From: a bacterium
Lineage (GTDB): Bacteria > Bacillota_I > Bacilli_A > RF39 > UBA660
Length of the DNA stretch: 64,000 nucleotides
Direction of reading: 5' to 3'
Assembly (NCBI GenBank): GCA_963641945.1
Contig: CAVIDW010000002.1
Location: 9,784 to 73,783 of the forward strand
The notes below the pieces were generated by a model. The model searched no databases. It was not told where the DNA came from and was given only the letters and a program-made list of their open reading frames with translations. Below are positions 30,079 through 39,922 of this stretch, piece after piece (within the stretch, counting starts at the first letter, position 1; each line of letters starts with the position of its first letter). The translations under genes were made by a program, and so were the position numbers.

Positions 30079-31918
30079 TGTTTAAGAATTTTTCAATAAT
30101 GTTATCTACTTCAACCATGTCTATTGGTTTTGCTAAATATTCATCAAATCCTTTGTTTAAATATGATTCTTTCATACCTGATAATGCATTGGCAGTTAAT
30201 GCAATAACAGGACATATATTAGGATCTAATTGTTTAATAATATTTAATGTTTCTTGACCACTTAGTTCTGGCATTCTATCATCTAAAAATATTAAGTCAA
30301 ACTTTTCTCCTGATTTGATTTTTCTTATGCATTCATCTCCGTTGTTAGCAGATTCAATTTGAAATTTGTAATCAGCAATAAGTCTTTGGATTACTTTAAT
30401 ATTTAATTTATCATCATCAACTACTAACAATTTATAATTTGAACAATCTAATTTAGTTTTATCAGCACTTGCTGTGGTTTTTATTTCAAATGTTCCGATT
30501 GGTGATGAATTTACTATTTTTTGAGTTACTTCTATAAAGAATGTACTACCAACTCTATAATTACTTTCAAACCATATCTTTCCACCCATTGTTTCTAAGA
30601 ATTTTTTAGTTAATGTTAAACTATATCCTCTTCCTTCTTCATGATTTGAAATAACATTAGAATCAACATTATCTTTAAATATACCAGTAGCTTCCTCTGG
30701 TTTAATTCCTATTCCTGTATCACTCACTTTAAACAATAATACTTCATTATTGTTTGTTCTTGTTCCAACTACTGTTAATCCAATTTTACCTACTTCTGTA
30801 TATTTAACCGCATTTGATAAAATATTTAATACACATTGATATAATTTTTCTTCATCTCCATTTAATACAGAAGATATATTACTATCAACATCAACATTAA
30901 TTGATATTTTTTTTGTACCAATCATATTAGTAGTGGCATTAACTAAATTTCTAATAGTGTCAACTATATTATAGTTATTGTTGTTTGTTTCTGTTTGACC
31001 ACCATTTATTTTAGAAACATCTAAAATAACATCTATTGCATCTACTAATTTTAAACCGTATTCACTTATTTGTTTAAAACATGTTTTTGATGATTCTTCA
31101 TTATATGGTGCATTTTTTAAATCATTTGTAATTTTTGATATTGTTTGCATTGGTTCATTTATTTCATAGGCAATTCCTGATAAAATTTTTGTTTTTTCTC
31201 TATTGGATGCATCTATTGTTTTTTTAGCATTTTCACTTTCTTCAATTAGCACTAAGTCAGGATTTTCTGTTGAAAAGTATAAATAATACATTTCAAGTCC
31301 AAATCCAAGTGGAATAACAGATATTGATGGGATTAATACTTGCATTGACATTAATGTTAAAGTTAATACTAATGAAATAATAATAACTAGTTTTTCTTTT
31401 CTTGTTAAATTTTTTCCTTGTATTATAACATTAACAACAATTAATACATCTATTACAAAACAAAATGCCCATACTACAATTGCAGTATTACCTGGAACAA
31501 AAGTCAAATCATTCTTATCTAATCCTGCGTATGGAAGAAAAAACGAATATACAATAATTCCAATCAAGAATATTAATGACATAATAATTCTATATGGCGT
31601 GGCAGTCACAAATTTAAATAAATTTGTTTCTTTGCTTTTAATAATAAGTGAAATTGAGTAGAAGTAAAATAATGCATACCACATAATGCAAAAATCAAAG
31701 CTCATTCTAAAAAATATTTTTACTGATGTGTTATCTCCTTGATAATTCAATATTGTGACTGCAATTATCTGAAAAAAAACATATAATATTGAAGAAAAAA
31801 GCATATATCTATAAATTTGATTTTGGACATAATTTTTGTTTGATTTTGAGAAATAAGACAATGTAAATAATCCTAAATATACTAAACATGCGATTGGAAA
31901 TAATAAACTATATAGCAT
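30074..31918 (-). CDS. hybrid sensor kinase-like protein (multi-TM, degenerate HisKA, HATPase_c, REC)
   Basis: The start MLYSLLF overlaps the upstream stop by 11 nt. The H-box position reads SGIAYEINEPM, with Tyr (codon 31166-31168) where His is expected. N box LSNAVKYT, G1 DTGIGI. The receiver domain (VVDDD, FLDDRMPE, ALTA, AKP) is intact. Confidence 0.8.
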   Translation of the reverse strand: MLYSLLFPIACLVYLGLFTLSYFSKSNKNYVQNQIYRYMLFSSILYVFFQIIAVTILNYQGDNTSVKIFFRMSFDFCIMWYALFYFYSISLIIKSKETNLFKFVTATPYRIIMSLIFLIGIIVYSFFLPYAGLDKNDLTFVPGNTAIVVWAFCFVIDVLIVVNVIIQGKNLTRKEKLVIIISLVLTLTLMSMQVLIPSISVIPLGFGLEMYYLYFSTENPDLVLIEESENAKKTIDASNREKTKILSGIAYEINEPMQTISKITNDLKNAPYNEESSKTCFKQISEYGLKLVDAIDVILDVSKINGGQTETNNNNYNIVDTIRNLVNATTNMIGTKKISINVDVDSNISSVLNGDEEKLYQCVLNILSNAVKYTEVGKIGLTVVGTRTNNNEVLLFKVSDTGIGIKPEEATGIFKDNVDSNVISNHEEGRGYSLTLTKKFLETMGGKIWFESNYRVGSTFFIEVTQKIVNSSPIGTFEIKTTASADKTKLDCSNYKLLVVDDDKLNIKVIQRLIADYKFQIESANNGDECIRKIKSGEKFDLIFLDDRMPELSGQETLNIIKQLDPNICPVIALTANALSGMKESYLNKGFDEYLAKPIDMVEVDNIIEKFLNK

Positions 31919-33392
31919 TGTTATCATCTCCTTCCTTAATTTTTTCATTGCTTGAATAAGCTGCATTTTCTGCTACCCTTTGTTCAATCTTAAATATATA
32001 TTTAGTTCCTTGGCCTTTCTCATTGATAAATTCAATTTTACCATTCAATAAATTAATTAATTTTTTAGCTATAACTAATCCTAATCTAATTCCATTTCCA
32101 GAAACATCTTTTAATTCAATGTAATCATCAAAACTTCTATTAAAGTTTTCTTTTGTCATTAAGTGTCCGGTGTTTGAAACAATAATTTCCAACTCGGATA
32201 TTCCTCTTGACACCATTCTAGAGTTAATAGTTAATTTCATCTCTCCATAGAATGTATACTCAAGAGCATTTGACAAAAGATAACATATTATTTTTGAAAT
32301 AGTCATTGAATCCCCAATATAGTCTAAAGGTACATGATTTGCAATGTTTGATGAGAAATTAATATTTCCTTTCTTTTCAACTTGTGGTTCAATGTATCTA
32401 TGTGACATATCCAATATATCATTTATATTGTAATTATGTTCTTCTATTTGGTATTCATTTGAATCTAATTTTGATATTTCTGTTATATCATTTGCTAGTA
32501 GCAATAATTCTGATGCTTCAGATTGTATATAACTCAAATCATGTTTCATATCTTCTTCTGTTAAATTTTGTTTTTTATATAAAGTTTGACTAAAACCAAT
32601 TATACTTGTTAGCGGAGAACGGATTTCATGTGACATATTTATTAAAAACATTGATTTTGCTTCATCAGATTTTATTGCTTTTAACCTTATTTCTTCATAT
32701 TCTTCAAGTATTTTAGCATCTTGACTTTCTAATGATAAAAATAATATTGTTAATGTTAATGCTAATGTGATGCTTAGAGTATTCATATTAATAGCAAAGA
32801 ATATTAAGAATAATGTTACTGCTACATAAACAACTAATAAATAGTATAAAAGATTTAAATTTAAATTTTTGACTTTATTCTTATTGTAGAAAAACATTGT
32901 TACATGTATTATACTGGATATAATTGATAATATTTTAATTATTCTTGCATATGGAGAACCTATCATAGCGGGATTTCCATTTATTCCATCTATAAAATTT
33001 AATTTTAAAAATATAGATAACAATAATGATATAGCTATTGATATAAATACATACATACTAAAATGTATTTTTATTTTTTTAGTTTCTTCTTCTTTTGAAA
33101 ATGCAACTATAACATAAAGCGTTGCTATAAAAAACCAAAAAAATGTTAAGAACATATTTGATCTACATAGTATTTCATTTAGCATAGGATGTGTTCCTCT
33201 ATGCAATATAGTATATGATATTGCTATTTCAGAAACTAAAACCAGGATTGTAGTTACCGTTGAAATTAAGAAAGCTGTGGTTCTTAGCGTCCAATTAGTT
33301 TTATTTTTTCTTGAAAATAATATAAGCATTAAAATTGTCATTGCCAAACCAAAAATGGCTAAACCTGACCCTGCAAAAAATGAATTTATCAT
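31908..33392 (-). CDS. sensor histidine kinase (multi-TM, HisKA, HATPase_c)
   Basis: Canonical H-box FLINMSHEIRSPLTSI (His codon 32628-32630), LSNALEYT, and GNGIRLGLVIAKKL. Confidence 0.85.
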   Translation of the reverse strand: MINSFFAGSGLAIFGLAMTILMLILFSRKNKTNWTLRTTAFLISTVTTILVLVSEIAISYTILHRGTHPMLNEILCRSNMFLTFFWFFIATLYVIVAFSKEEETKKIKIHFSMYVFISIAISLLLSIFLKLNFIDGINGNPAMIGSPYARIIKILSIISSIIHVTMFFYNKNKVKNLNLNLLYYLLVVYVAVTLFLIFFAINMNTLSITLALTLTILFLSLESQDAKILEEYEEIRLKAIKSDEAKSMFLINMSHEIRSPLTSIIGFSQTLYKKQNLTEEDMKHDLSYIQSEASELLLLANDITEISKLDSNEYQIEEHNYNINDILDMSHRYIEPQVEKKGNINFSSNIANHVPLDYIGDSMTISKIICYLLSNALEYTFYGEMKLTINSRMVSRGISELEIIVSNTGHLMTKENFNRSFDDYIELKDVSGNGIRLGLVIAKKLINLLNGKIEFINEKGQGTKYIFKIEQRVAENAAYSSNEKIKEGDDNNAI

Positions 33393-33463
33393 ATATAACT
33401 CCTCTATTCTTTATCTTTCTTTAGTAAGTATACCATATTTAAGAATTTGAGTAAATTCTTATT

Positions 33464-34048
33464 TTACTTTTTTTTAATAATTTTTTTATGATGTTCTTCT
33501 AATGTTAATCTTTTTTCAGTTAAATATTTTGCTAAGTCTGTACCTACAAAACGATAATGCCAAGGTTCATAATCATAACCAGTTATTTTTTCTTTAAAGG
33601 CAGGATATCTTAAAATAAATCCGTATTTGTATATATTTTTTATCAAATACGTTATTTCTTTGTCAGTTAAATTAGAACATAGTATTCCATAATTAATGCT
33701 TGCTATATCTATAGCTAAACCAGTTTGATGTTCACTGCATCCTGGAAGAGCTACTCTATTTTTTGCCTTTTTAAGTCCTATTTTTGAAACATTATACTCC
33801 CATATTAACTGCTGATACTCATAAGATCTATATCCACTATCTATGATATAATCAAAACCATCTAATATTGCATTTTCATTAAATGAATTAAAAGCATCAA
33901 AAACAAAATCTTTTACCATAGGTTTTAATTCTGGATTAAGAAAATTATGAAAATTATTTTCATTTTCATCTGTTATTACCAAACCTGATGGTGTAAAATT
34001 TTTGTCTAAAGGATTTTCTTTATTTATTAATATATCTACTCTTTCCAT
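33464..34048 (-). CDS. M15B (VanY-like) D-alanyl-D-alanine carboxypeptidase
   Basis: SGYRSYEYQ, PGCSEHQTGLAIDI and YEPWHYRFVG give the full metal-binding and catalytic set. Confidence 0.8.
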   Translation of the reverse strand: MERVDILINKENPLDKNFTPSGLVITDENENNFHNFLNPELKPMVKDFVFDAFNSFNENAILDGFDYIIDSGYRSYEYQQLIWEYNVSKIGLKKAKNRVALPGCSEHQTGLAIDIASINYGILCSNLTDKEITYLIKNIYKYGFILRYPAFKEKITGYDYEPWHYRFVGTDLAKYLTEKRLTLEEHHKKIIKKK

Positions 34049-34162
34049 ATTATACTTTCTTCTTATTTTATTGTTATAATTAATTCATATATATAATATT
34101 TTATCTAAATTTGCTTTTTATATCAATATTTTATTAAAAACAAATTTGTTAAAAATGTAATT

Positions 34163-34183
34163 AAAAATCCCTTATTTAAGGGA
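34163..34183 (-). terminator. terminator after tRNA-Arg
   Basis: The minus strand reads TCCCTT-AAAT-AAGGGA followed by TTTTT. Confidence 0.6.
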
Positions 34184-34196
34184 AACTTAACATTAA

Positions 34197-34273
34197 TGGC
34201 GTCCTCGAGCAGAATCGAACTGCTGACCTATCGCTTAGGAGGCGATTGCTCTATCCTACTGAGCTACGAGGAC
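34197..34273 (-). tRNA. tRNA-Arg (anticodon CCU)
   Basis: The minus strand reads GTCCTCGTAGCTCAGTAGGATAGAGCAATCGCCTCCTAAGCGATAGGTCAGCAGTTCGATTCTGCTCGAGGACGCCA. I folded the cloverleaf by hand. The anticodon loop is CTCCTAA and CCA is encoded. Confidence 0.92.
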
Positions 34274-34295
34274 AAATTAAATAGCATTAAACTAT

Positions 34296-34784
34296 TTATT
34301 TCATTAAATTAACAAATAATATTAGTGTAACATTCATAGATAAGTTTACTTGATACCTAAAGAATTCATAAATACTAATTATTTTATCACATAAACAAAC
34401 TACTTTTGATTCTTTATATACAGGTTTTTCTTTAGTAATTGGATACATATGTGATAAAATTATATTTTTTTCTACATCATTAACATCAAAATATTCTTTT
34501 GAATTGTCTAATGCCATTTTAGGATGTTCTTTTAGAAAATCATTATATTTTTTATCTTTTTTACTAATATCATCTATTGTAAAAAAGTCATGCATCATTG
34601 CTCCTCTTGTACATGAAATATAATCTAATCCCAATTTTTTGGAGACAAAAAAACTAAGTTTAGCAACACGATTTATATGATCTAATCTATTGTTGCCATG
34701 ATGTACTATAGATTTTAATTCTCTATATTTATTTACATTATAAAACTCCCCATATATATCATAATATATTTTTTTATTTATCAT
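34296..34784 (-). CDS. HD-domain phosphohydrolase
   Basis: HGNNRLDHINRV...GAMMHDFF (H..H..HD pattern). Confidence 0.7.
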   Translation of the reverse strand: MINKKIYYDIYGEFYNVNKYRELKSIVHHGNNRLDHINRVAKLSFFVSKKLGLDYISCTRGAMMHDFFTIDDISKKDKKYNDFLKEHPKMALDNSKEYFDVNDVEKNIILSHMYPITKEKPVYKESKVVCLCDKIISIYEFFRYQVNLSMNVTLILFVNLMK

Positions 34785-34796
34785 AACATCTCACTT

Positions 34797-35168
34797 CTAA
34801 ATCCACTTAGGAATATACAAATTCCTTGTATATCCCTCAGTATATTTTTTAAATTCATTGATAATAGCATTAGCTATTACTCCAATAACATCTTCTTCAT
34901 TTTTTGATATTCTTAAAGACACCAAAAAATTAGTTAGAATTGTTTTAAATTCTCTATCATCAAAATATCTTGCTACAGCATCGTTTAAATCTTTTATTTT
35001 CTTTAAATCATTTTTACTTTTTATATTTGTTGAAAATATAAATGATTGGTATATTTCAATTATTTTATCACTCATATAATCCAATTCACTAAATTCTTCA
35101 TTTATTATTCTGTAGTAATCTTTACAATATTTTAGAACTACTTTATTGTCAAGATATTCATTCTTCAT
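34797..35168 (-). CDS. hypothetical protein (123 aa)
   Basis: Intact ORF packed tightly between rseP and the HD gene. I recognised no motif. Confidence 0.45.
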   Translation of the reverse strand: MKNEYLDNKVVLKYCKDYYRIINEEFSELDYMSDKIIEIYQSFIFSTNIKSKNDLKKIKDLNDAVARYFDDREFKTILTNFLVSLRISKNEEDVIGVIANAIINEFKKYTEGYTRNLYIPKWI

Positions 35169-35169
35169 G

Positions 35170-36228
35170 TTATTTCACCACAAGTCTTATTATATCATTA
35201 AATGTAATAAATACAAATAACAATAACATTATTCCAAATCCTATATAATTTAATTTTAATTCTAAATCTTCACTTGTGCGTTTTTTAGTAATCTTTTCTA
35301 TTATTAAAACTAATATTCTTCCACCATCAAATACTGGAACAGGTACTAAGTTAATAATAGCAACATTTATACTTAAATAAGCAGTTAAATATATTAAAGT
35401 TTGAAATCCTTGTGATTTAACTTGGTCAACAACTGAATAGATGCCTACTGGACCACTTAAATTTTTAATAGAAACATCTCCTGTAAATAATGATCCCAAT
35501 ATTTTTAAAATAGTCGTAGTTGTTTCATAAAATCCAGTAAATGCATAATTAACTGCACTTCCAAATCCTTTTTTGTATGTAGTCACTGAAGATTTAATTC
35601 CAAATACACGAACTTCTTCTCCATTTTCTTCGACAATTTCTGGTACTACTTTATATGATCCAACTTTTCCATCTGACTTTTCTACTTTAAATACATATTC
35701 TTTTTGCAGTTTTTTTGCAGAAACTTCTAAAGTAAAATCATCCCAAGTTTCAATTTCTACTCCATTAATTTCCAGAATTTTATCTCCAGCTTCAAGACCT
35801 GCATTGTATGCTGCTTTTCCTTCAATAACTTCACCTATTTTAACTTCACTAATTGGCTTTCCATATAAAAGACCGCTTATAAAGAATAATAATATTGCCA
35901 AAAGACAATTAAAAATAATTCCATTAGCCATGACCCATAAATTCTTTAAGAATCCCTTATTTTCTAAAACTCTATCTTTCTTTATTTTAGAGCCTTTCAT
36001 TTCTCTTTCAGCCATAGCAACATATCCACCAATTGGAAATGCTCTTAATGAATATTTTGTTTCACTTTTTTTAGGTTTAAATTGCTTAATAAGTAGTCCC
36101 ATTCCCAAACTAAATTCTTCTACATATACTCCACTTTTTTTAGCAGCAATAAAATGTCCAAATTCATGGATTGATATAATTAATCCTAACATTATAAATA
36201 ATATTAGTATTGTAATAATAAAGTTCAT
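35170..36228 (-). CDS. rseP: RIP zinc metalloprotease RseP/RasP (M50)
   Basis: HEFGHFIAAK, a PDZ-like middle region, and NLVPVPVFDGGR. Confidence 0.92.
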   Translation of the reverse strand: MNFIITILILFIMLGLIISIHEFGHFIAAKKSGVYVEEFSLGMGLLIKQFKPKKSETKYSLRAFPIGGYVAMAEREMKGSKIKKDRVLENKGFLKNLWVMANGIIFNCLLAILLFFISGLLYGKPISEVKIGEVIEGKAAYNAGLEAGDKILEINGVEIETWDDFTLEVSAKKLQKEYVFKVEKSDGKVGSYKVVPEIVEENGEEVRVFGIKSSVTTYKKGFGSAVNYAFTGFYETTTTILKILGSLFTGDVSIKNLSGPVGIYSVVDQVKSQGFQTLIYLTAYLSINVAIINLVPVPVFDGGRILVLIIEKITKKRTSEDLELKLNYIGFGIMLLLFVFITFNDIIRLVVK

Positions 36229-36240
36229 TTAAATTTCCTC

Positions 36241-37035
36241 CTAGATGAATGATGCAAAGAAAGCAAATGCTAATATTGCAAATATCATACTGTCTAATCT
36301 ATCTAGTACACCGCCGTGTCCAGGCATAATATTTCCATAATCTTTAACACCATATTTTCTCTTAATTGCTGAAAATACTAAATCGCCAAATTGTGCTATT
36401 AACGATAATGTTAATGACATCACTATAGTCAAGAATACATTTGCATTTCGACTAATAAATGTTAAAAAATAAACTGTAGGAATAAATGTGCCAAATATAG
36501 TGCCACCAATCATTCCTTCTACAGTTTTATTTGGCGATACATTTGGACATAGTTTTACCCTACCAATCTTTGTTCCAAAGAAATGAGCAAATGTATCAGA
36601 CATAATTGTTATAAATAAAACATAGATTAAATAATTTATATTTAAATTTCTTACTATGATTAAATATCTAAAAGAAATACCTAAAAATATGATGGTTGCA
36701 ACTAAAAAGAATGCATCATCTACATCATATTTTCCTTTATTATTAATTATTAAAGGTACAAAACACAATAAGAATACAATTACAAGTAATCTATAGTCAA
36801 TTATAAAAGATGTATTGTTAACTACTGAAAATACCACAAGCAACACATATCCAATTAATGATATTACCACATTTATACTAGGAATAATGTTTTTCCTATT
36901 TCTTACTTTAATCATTTCCATAAATCCAATTAGTGATAAAAGTCCTACTCCTATATAAAATGGATAACCACCTAGTATTACTAATGGTATTACAATTATT
37001 AATGCAACTATTGCACTTATTACTCTTCTTTTCAT
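36241..37035 (-). CDS. cdsA: phosphatidate cytidylyltransferase
   Basis: SDTFAHFFGTKIGR...SPNKTVEG...PGHGGVLDRLDS. Start taken at MKRRVISAI. Confidence 0.9.
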   Translation of the reverse strand: MKRRVISAIVALIIVIPLVILGGYPFYIGVGLLSLIGFMEMIKVRNRKNIIPSINVVISLIGYVLLVVFSVVNNTSFIIDYRLLVIVFLLCFVPLIINNKGKYDVDDAFFLVATIIFLGISFRYLIIVRNLNINYLIYVLFITIMSDTFAHFFGTKIGRVKLCPNVSPNKTVEGMIGGTIFGTFIPTVYFLTFISRNANVFLTIVMSLTLSLIAQFGDLVFSAIKRKYGVKDYGNIMPGHGGVLDRLDSMIFAILAFAFFASFI

Positions 37036-37095
37036 ATTTTTCACCATAAACATTATATCACGTAAGAATAGTTTAAACAAGAAAAAAGAGTATTT

Positions 37096-37821
37096 CTACT
37101 CTTCACATAGATTTTTTACTTTGTCTTTATTATAAACAATTGTTGATTTTTTGTATAAATTACACCACTTGGAATCTAAAGTCAATTGGACAAATGAGGT
37201 ACATTGCTTATCTAAATAATTTGAATAAAATGTTTTACCATTTTCTGTTTTAATACAGTAATATTGACTTTCATCATCAAAATTATATACCCAAGAATAT
37301 TTATTATTATCATCACTTTCAAATTCTGGGAATACAATCAAATTATAATCATCAGCACTTTTTAATTTTGTATTGTTGTTATCAGTTACATTTTTATATA
37401 AAGTTTTTCCATAATTATAAGCTACATATACTGCATTTTCTACTTCTTCTTCTGTCTTAAATCCATCTATCATTTCACTTGTATAATAGCCATTATCAGT
37501 CATTACTTCAATATCTTTTTTTGATATTTTTATATCTTGTGGATTATTATAATATCCATTTTCATCATAAATATATTTAACCGGACAAATAGATGAATCA
37601 TCATCATAGCTACCAATCATATATTTCTTATTACTATTACAATACCATACTTTATAAAATATTGCTTTATATTCTGTTGTTTCTGAATTTATTTTTGATT
37701 TTAAAGCTATTTTAGGAGCAATATTTTTATTTTTTACACAAAAATAGTCTATATACACTATAGCTGAAAATATTGTTAAAATAACGAATATAAATATTAA
37801 AATTCTTACTACTTTCTTCAT
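37096..37821 (-). CDS. hypothetical membrane-anchored extracytoplasmic protein
   Basis: N-terminal TM or signal anchor, followed by several Cys and a Tyr/Asn/Asp-rich region. Confidence 0.5.
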   Translation of the reverse strand: MKKVVRILIFIFVILTIFSAIVYIDYFCVKNKNIAPKIALKSKINSETTEYKAIFYKVWYCNSNKKYMIGSYDDDSSICPVKYIYDENGYYNNPQDIKISKKDIEVMTDNGYYTSEMIDGFKTEEEVENAVYVAYNYGKTLYKNVTDNNNTKLKSADDYNLIVFPEFESDDNNKYSWVYNFDDESQYYCIKTENGKTFYSNYLDKQCTSFVQLTLDSKWCNLYKKSTIVYNKDKVKNLCEE

Positions 37822-37928
37822 CTTAATCTCCTAAACATAGTTTAATTATATAGTTATTTCTATTAAAAGTAAATGATTTCATTTTATTTTTTATGCTTTT
37901 TCAGTTATAATATTTTATGAGGCGAATT

Positions 37929-38564
37929 ATGAAAAAAATATTTTTTATGTTTTTTGCAGTACTTTTTAGTATTGCTAATGTATATGCTTTTGAAAATGAA
38001 TACTTTAAGATTGATATTCCAAATGGATACGAAATAGAATCTAATGATGATGATAATAGAATATATAAATGGACTAATAATGATGATTATATAGTTATAA
38101 CTGTTGACAATAATGATAATAAATATTCTGTTAAAGATTATACTGAAAATGATATTTCAAACCAAAAAAAATATTTAGAAGAAAATATTAATACTGCTTT
38201 AGAAGAATATAATGTTGATGTTAGTATACCTAAAATATTTAAAAATAAAATTGGTAACTACTATTCACTACAATATGATATATATTGGCCTACTAAAGAA
38301 ATGACTGGTAAGGATACATACCAAAGAGGAAATGTATTTACAACAGGAAAATATATTATAACTTATTTATATTCTTCTGAATCAGAGATAAAAGGTGATA
38401 ATGAAGTTTATAATAGTACAATTAATTCTTTTAAAATATTAGATGAAACTGAAATTAAAAAAGAGCTTACTATTGATATTAGTTTTATTATAGTAATAGG
38501 AGTAGTTTTGGCTATATTAAGTTATATATTATCAGAAGTTAAAAAGAAAAAAGCTACTAATTAA
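37929..38564 (+). CDS. hypothetical secreted protein with C-terminal TM anchor
   Basis: Signal peptide MKKIFFMFFAVLFSIANVYA and C-terminal helix FIIVIGVVLAILSYIL followed by KKKK. Confidence 0.5.
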   Translation: MKKIFFMFFAVLFSIANVYAFENEYFKIDIPNGYEIESNDDDNRIYKWTNNDDYIVITVDNNDNKYSVKDYTENDISNQKKYLEENINTALEEYNVDVSIPKIFKNKIGNYYSLQYDIYWPTKEMTGKDTYQRGNVFTTGKYIITYLYSSESEIKGDNEVYNSTINSFKILDETEIKKELTIDISFIIVIGVVLAILSYILSEVKKKKATN

Positions 38565-38576
38565 TTTTAGTGGCTT

Positions 38577-39212
38577 TTATTGTGACAAGGAATTTGATCT
38601 TATTTTATTTAAAATAAGTTTTTCTTGTCTTGATACTTTTACTTGGGATATTCCTAAAGTATCTGCTGTTTCACTTTGTGTTAAATCTTGATAGTACCTA
38701 CAACTAATAAGTGATTTATCAAAATCATTTAATGAATCTAGTATTTCTTTTACATATAGTTTAGTGTCATAGTCTTCTTCATAAAATATTTGATTATCAT
38801 CTGTAGGTTCGTAGCTTTTAGTAAATGCAACACTTTGAATAATTTTTAACAAATCACCTTCTTTCATTTCCATAAAAGAACATATTTCACTAAATGTTAC
38901 TTCTCTTTCATATTTAGCATTTAAAAGCTCTTTAACTTTTTGATATTTTTTATAAATCCTAAAATTTTCTTCACTAATTATTATATTCCTATCCTTTCTT
39001 ATAAAATCTACGATTTCTCCTAAAATGTAATCGTAAGCATATGTAGAAAATTTAGTATTAAAACTTTTATCATATTTTTTACAAGCTTTTATAACACCAA
39101 TTACTCCAGATTGATATAGATCTTCTATGTTATATCCAGAACTATATCTATGTGCAATATTATAAATCAAGTTTTCATGTTCTTTTATTTTCATATATAT
39201 TTCTTGATTCAT
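38577..39212 (-). CDS. sigma-70 family (group 3, SigF/FliA-like) RNA polymerase sigma factor
   Basis: Region 2: DLYQSGVIGVIKACKKYD..FSTYAYDYILGEI. Region 4: LTQSETADTLGISQVKVSRQEKLILNKIR. Confidence 0.8.
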   Translation of the reverse strand: MNQEIYMKIKEHENLIYNIAHRYSSGYNIEDLYQSGVIGVIKACKKYDKSFNTKFSTYAYDYILGEIVDFIRKDRNIIISEENFRIYKKYQKVKELLNAKYEREVTFSEICSFMEMKEGDLLKIIQSVAFTKSYEPTDDNQIFYEEDYDTKLYVKEILDSLNDFDKSLISCRYYQDLTQSETADTLGISQVKVSRQEKLILNKIRSNSLSQ

Positions 39213-39853
39213 GATTCAATATTACAATGATTTTTGTTTTTTTTAAATCGTTTCGACAAAACTAGAATTATTTTTTGTTTATACATTACTATCAATATAG
39301 AAGTTAAACATAAAAATAATAATATATCATAATATAAAATATTATCAGCAGTTTTTGGATTATATACTATTTCTTCTTCTGGTTCCTCTTCAGGTGTATT
39401 AGGTTCTTCTTCAGGTGTATTGGGTTCTTCTTCAGGTGTGTTGGGTTCATCTTCAGGTGTATTGGGTTTTTCTTGTGTTTCTGGTTCTTCTTCAATATTT
39501 CTATATTTATCAAGTTTAATTATGTAACATTTTTCTTTTACACAATAACCTAAATCTGTAACAAAATTATTTTGAGAATCTACTACAACTGCATCATTTG
39601 TTATATATCTATAATAAGTTTTATGATTATTTTCTAACTTATAATAACCTTCTTTATAATTATTATAGTATTCTTCTGTTATATCTTCTCCATCTGTCCA
39701 TTTGTACCTTTCTTCACTTTCTACTATCCATTCATCTACTCCTTTTGGATAATTTTCTGACCATTCACTATATTCAAATATGAATGTTTCTGCTGATAAT
39801 TTTGATGTAAAAATCAAAAAAATTGCAAATAAAAAAAACTTTTTGTTTTTCAT
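39209..39853 (-). CDS. secreted, C-terminally anchored protein with PNTPEEE repeats
   Basis: Signal peptide, then a Tyr/Trp/Glu-rich domain, a heptad repeat linker, a TM helix (ILYYDILLFLCLTSILIVMY) and a short basic tail. Its TGA stop overlaps the sigma gene start (ATGA). Confidence 0.6.
   Translation of the reverse strand: MKNKKFFLFAIFLIFTSKLSAETFIFEYSEWSENYPKGVDEWIVESEERYKWTDGEDITEEYYNNYKEGYYKLENNHKTYYRYITNDAVVVDSQNNFVTDLGYCVKEKCYIIKLDKYRNIEEEPETQEKPNTPEDEPNTPEEEPNTPEEEPNTPEEEPEEEIVYNPKTADNILYYDILLFLCLTSILIVMYKQKIILVLSKRFKKNKNHCNIES
39381..39464. repeat. 21-nt tandem repeat, 4 copies, in frame
   Basis: The unit GGTTCTTCTTCAGGTGTATTG (plus strand) occurs at 39381, 39402, 39423 and 39444 with 1-2 substitutions each. 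It encodes (E)EPNTPE. Confidence 0.9.
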
Positions 39854-39922
39854 TATATTAACCTCCCTCTACTAATATAATTCGCAAAAAGTTTCTAAAA
39901 CACTACATTTTTTATAATTTTT

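Noticed and set aside
35573-36232. 219-aa plus-strand ORF
   Set aside because: It lies fully antisense to rseP, which has the HEFGH and NxxPxxxFDGG motifs. Long antisense ORFs arise easily in AT-rich DNA with few stop codons in that frame.
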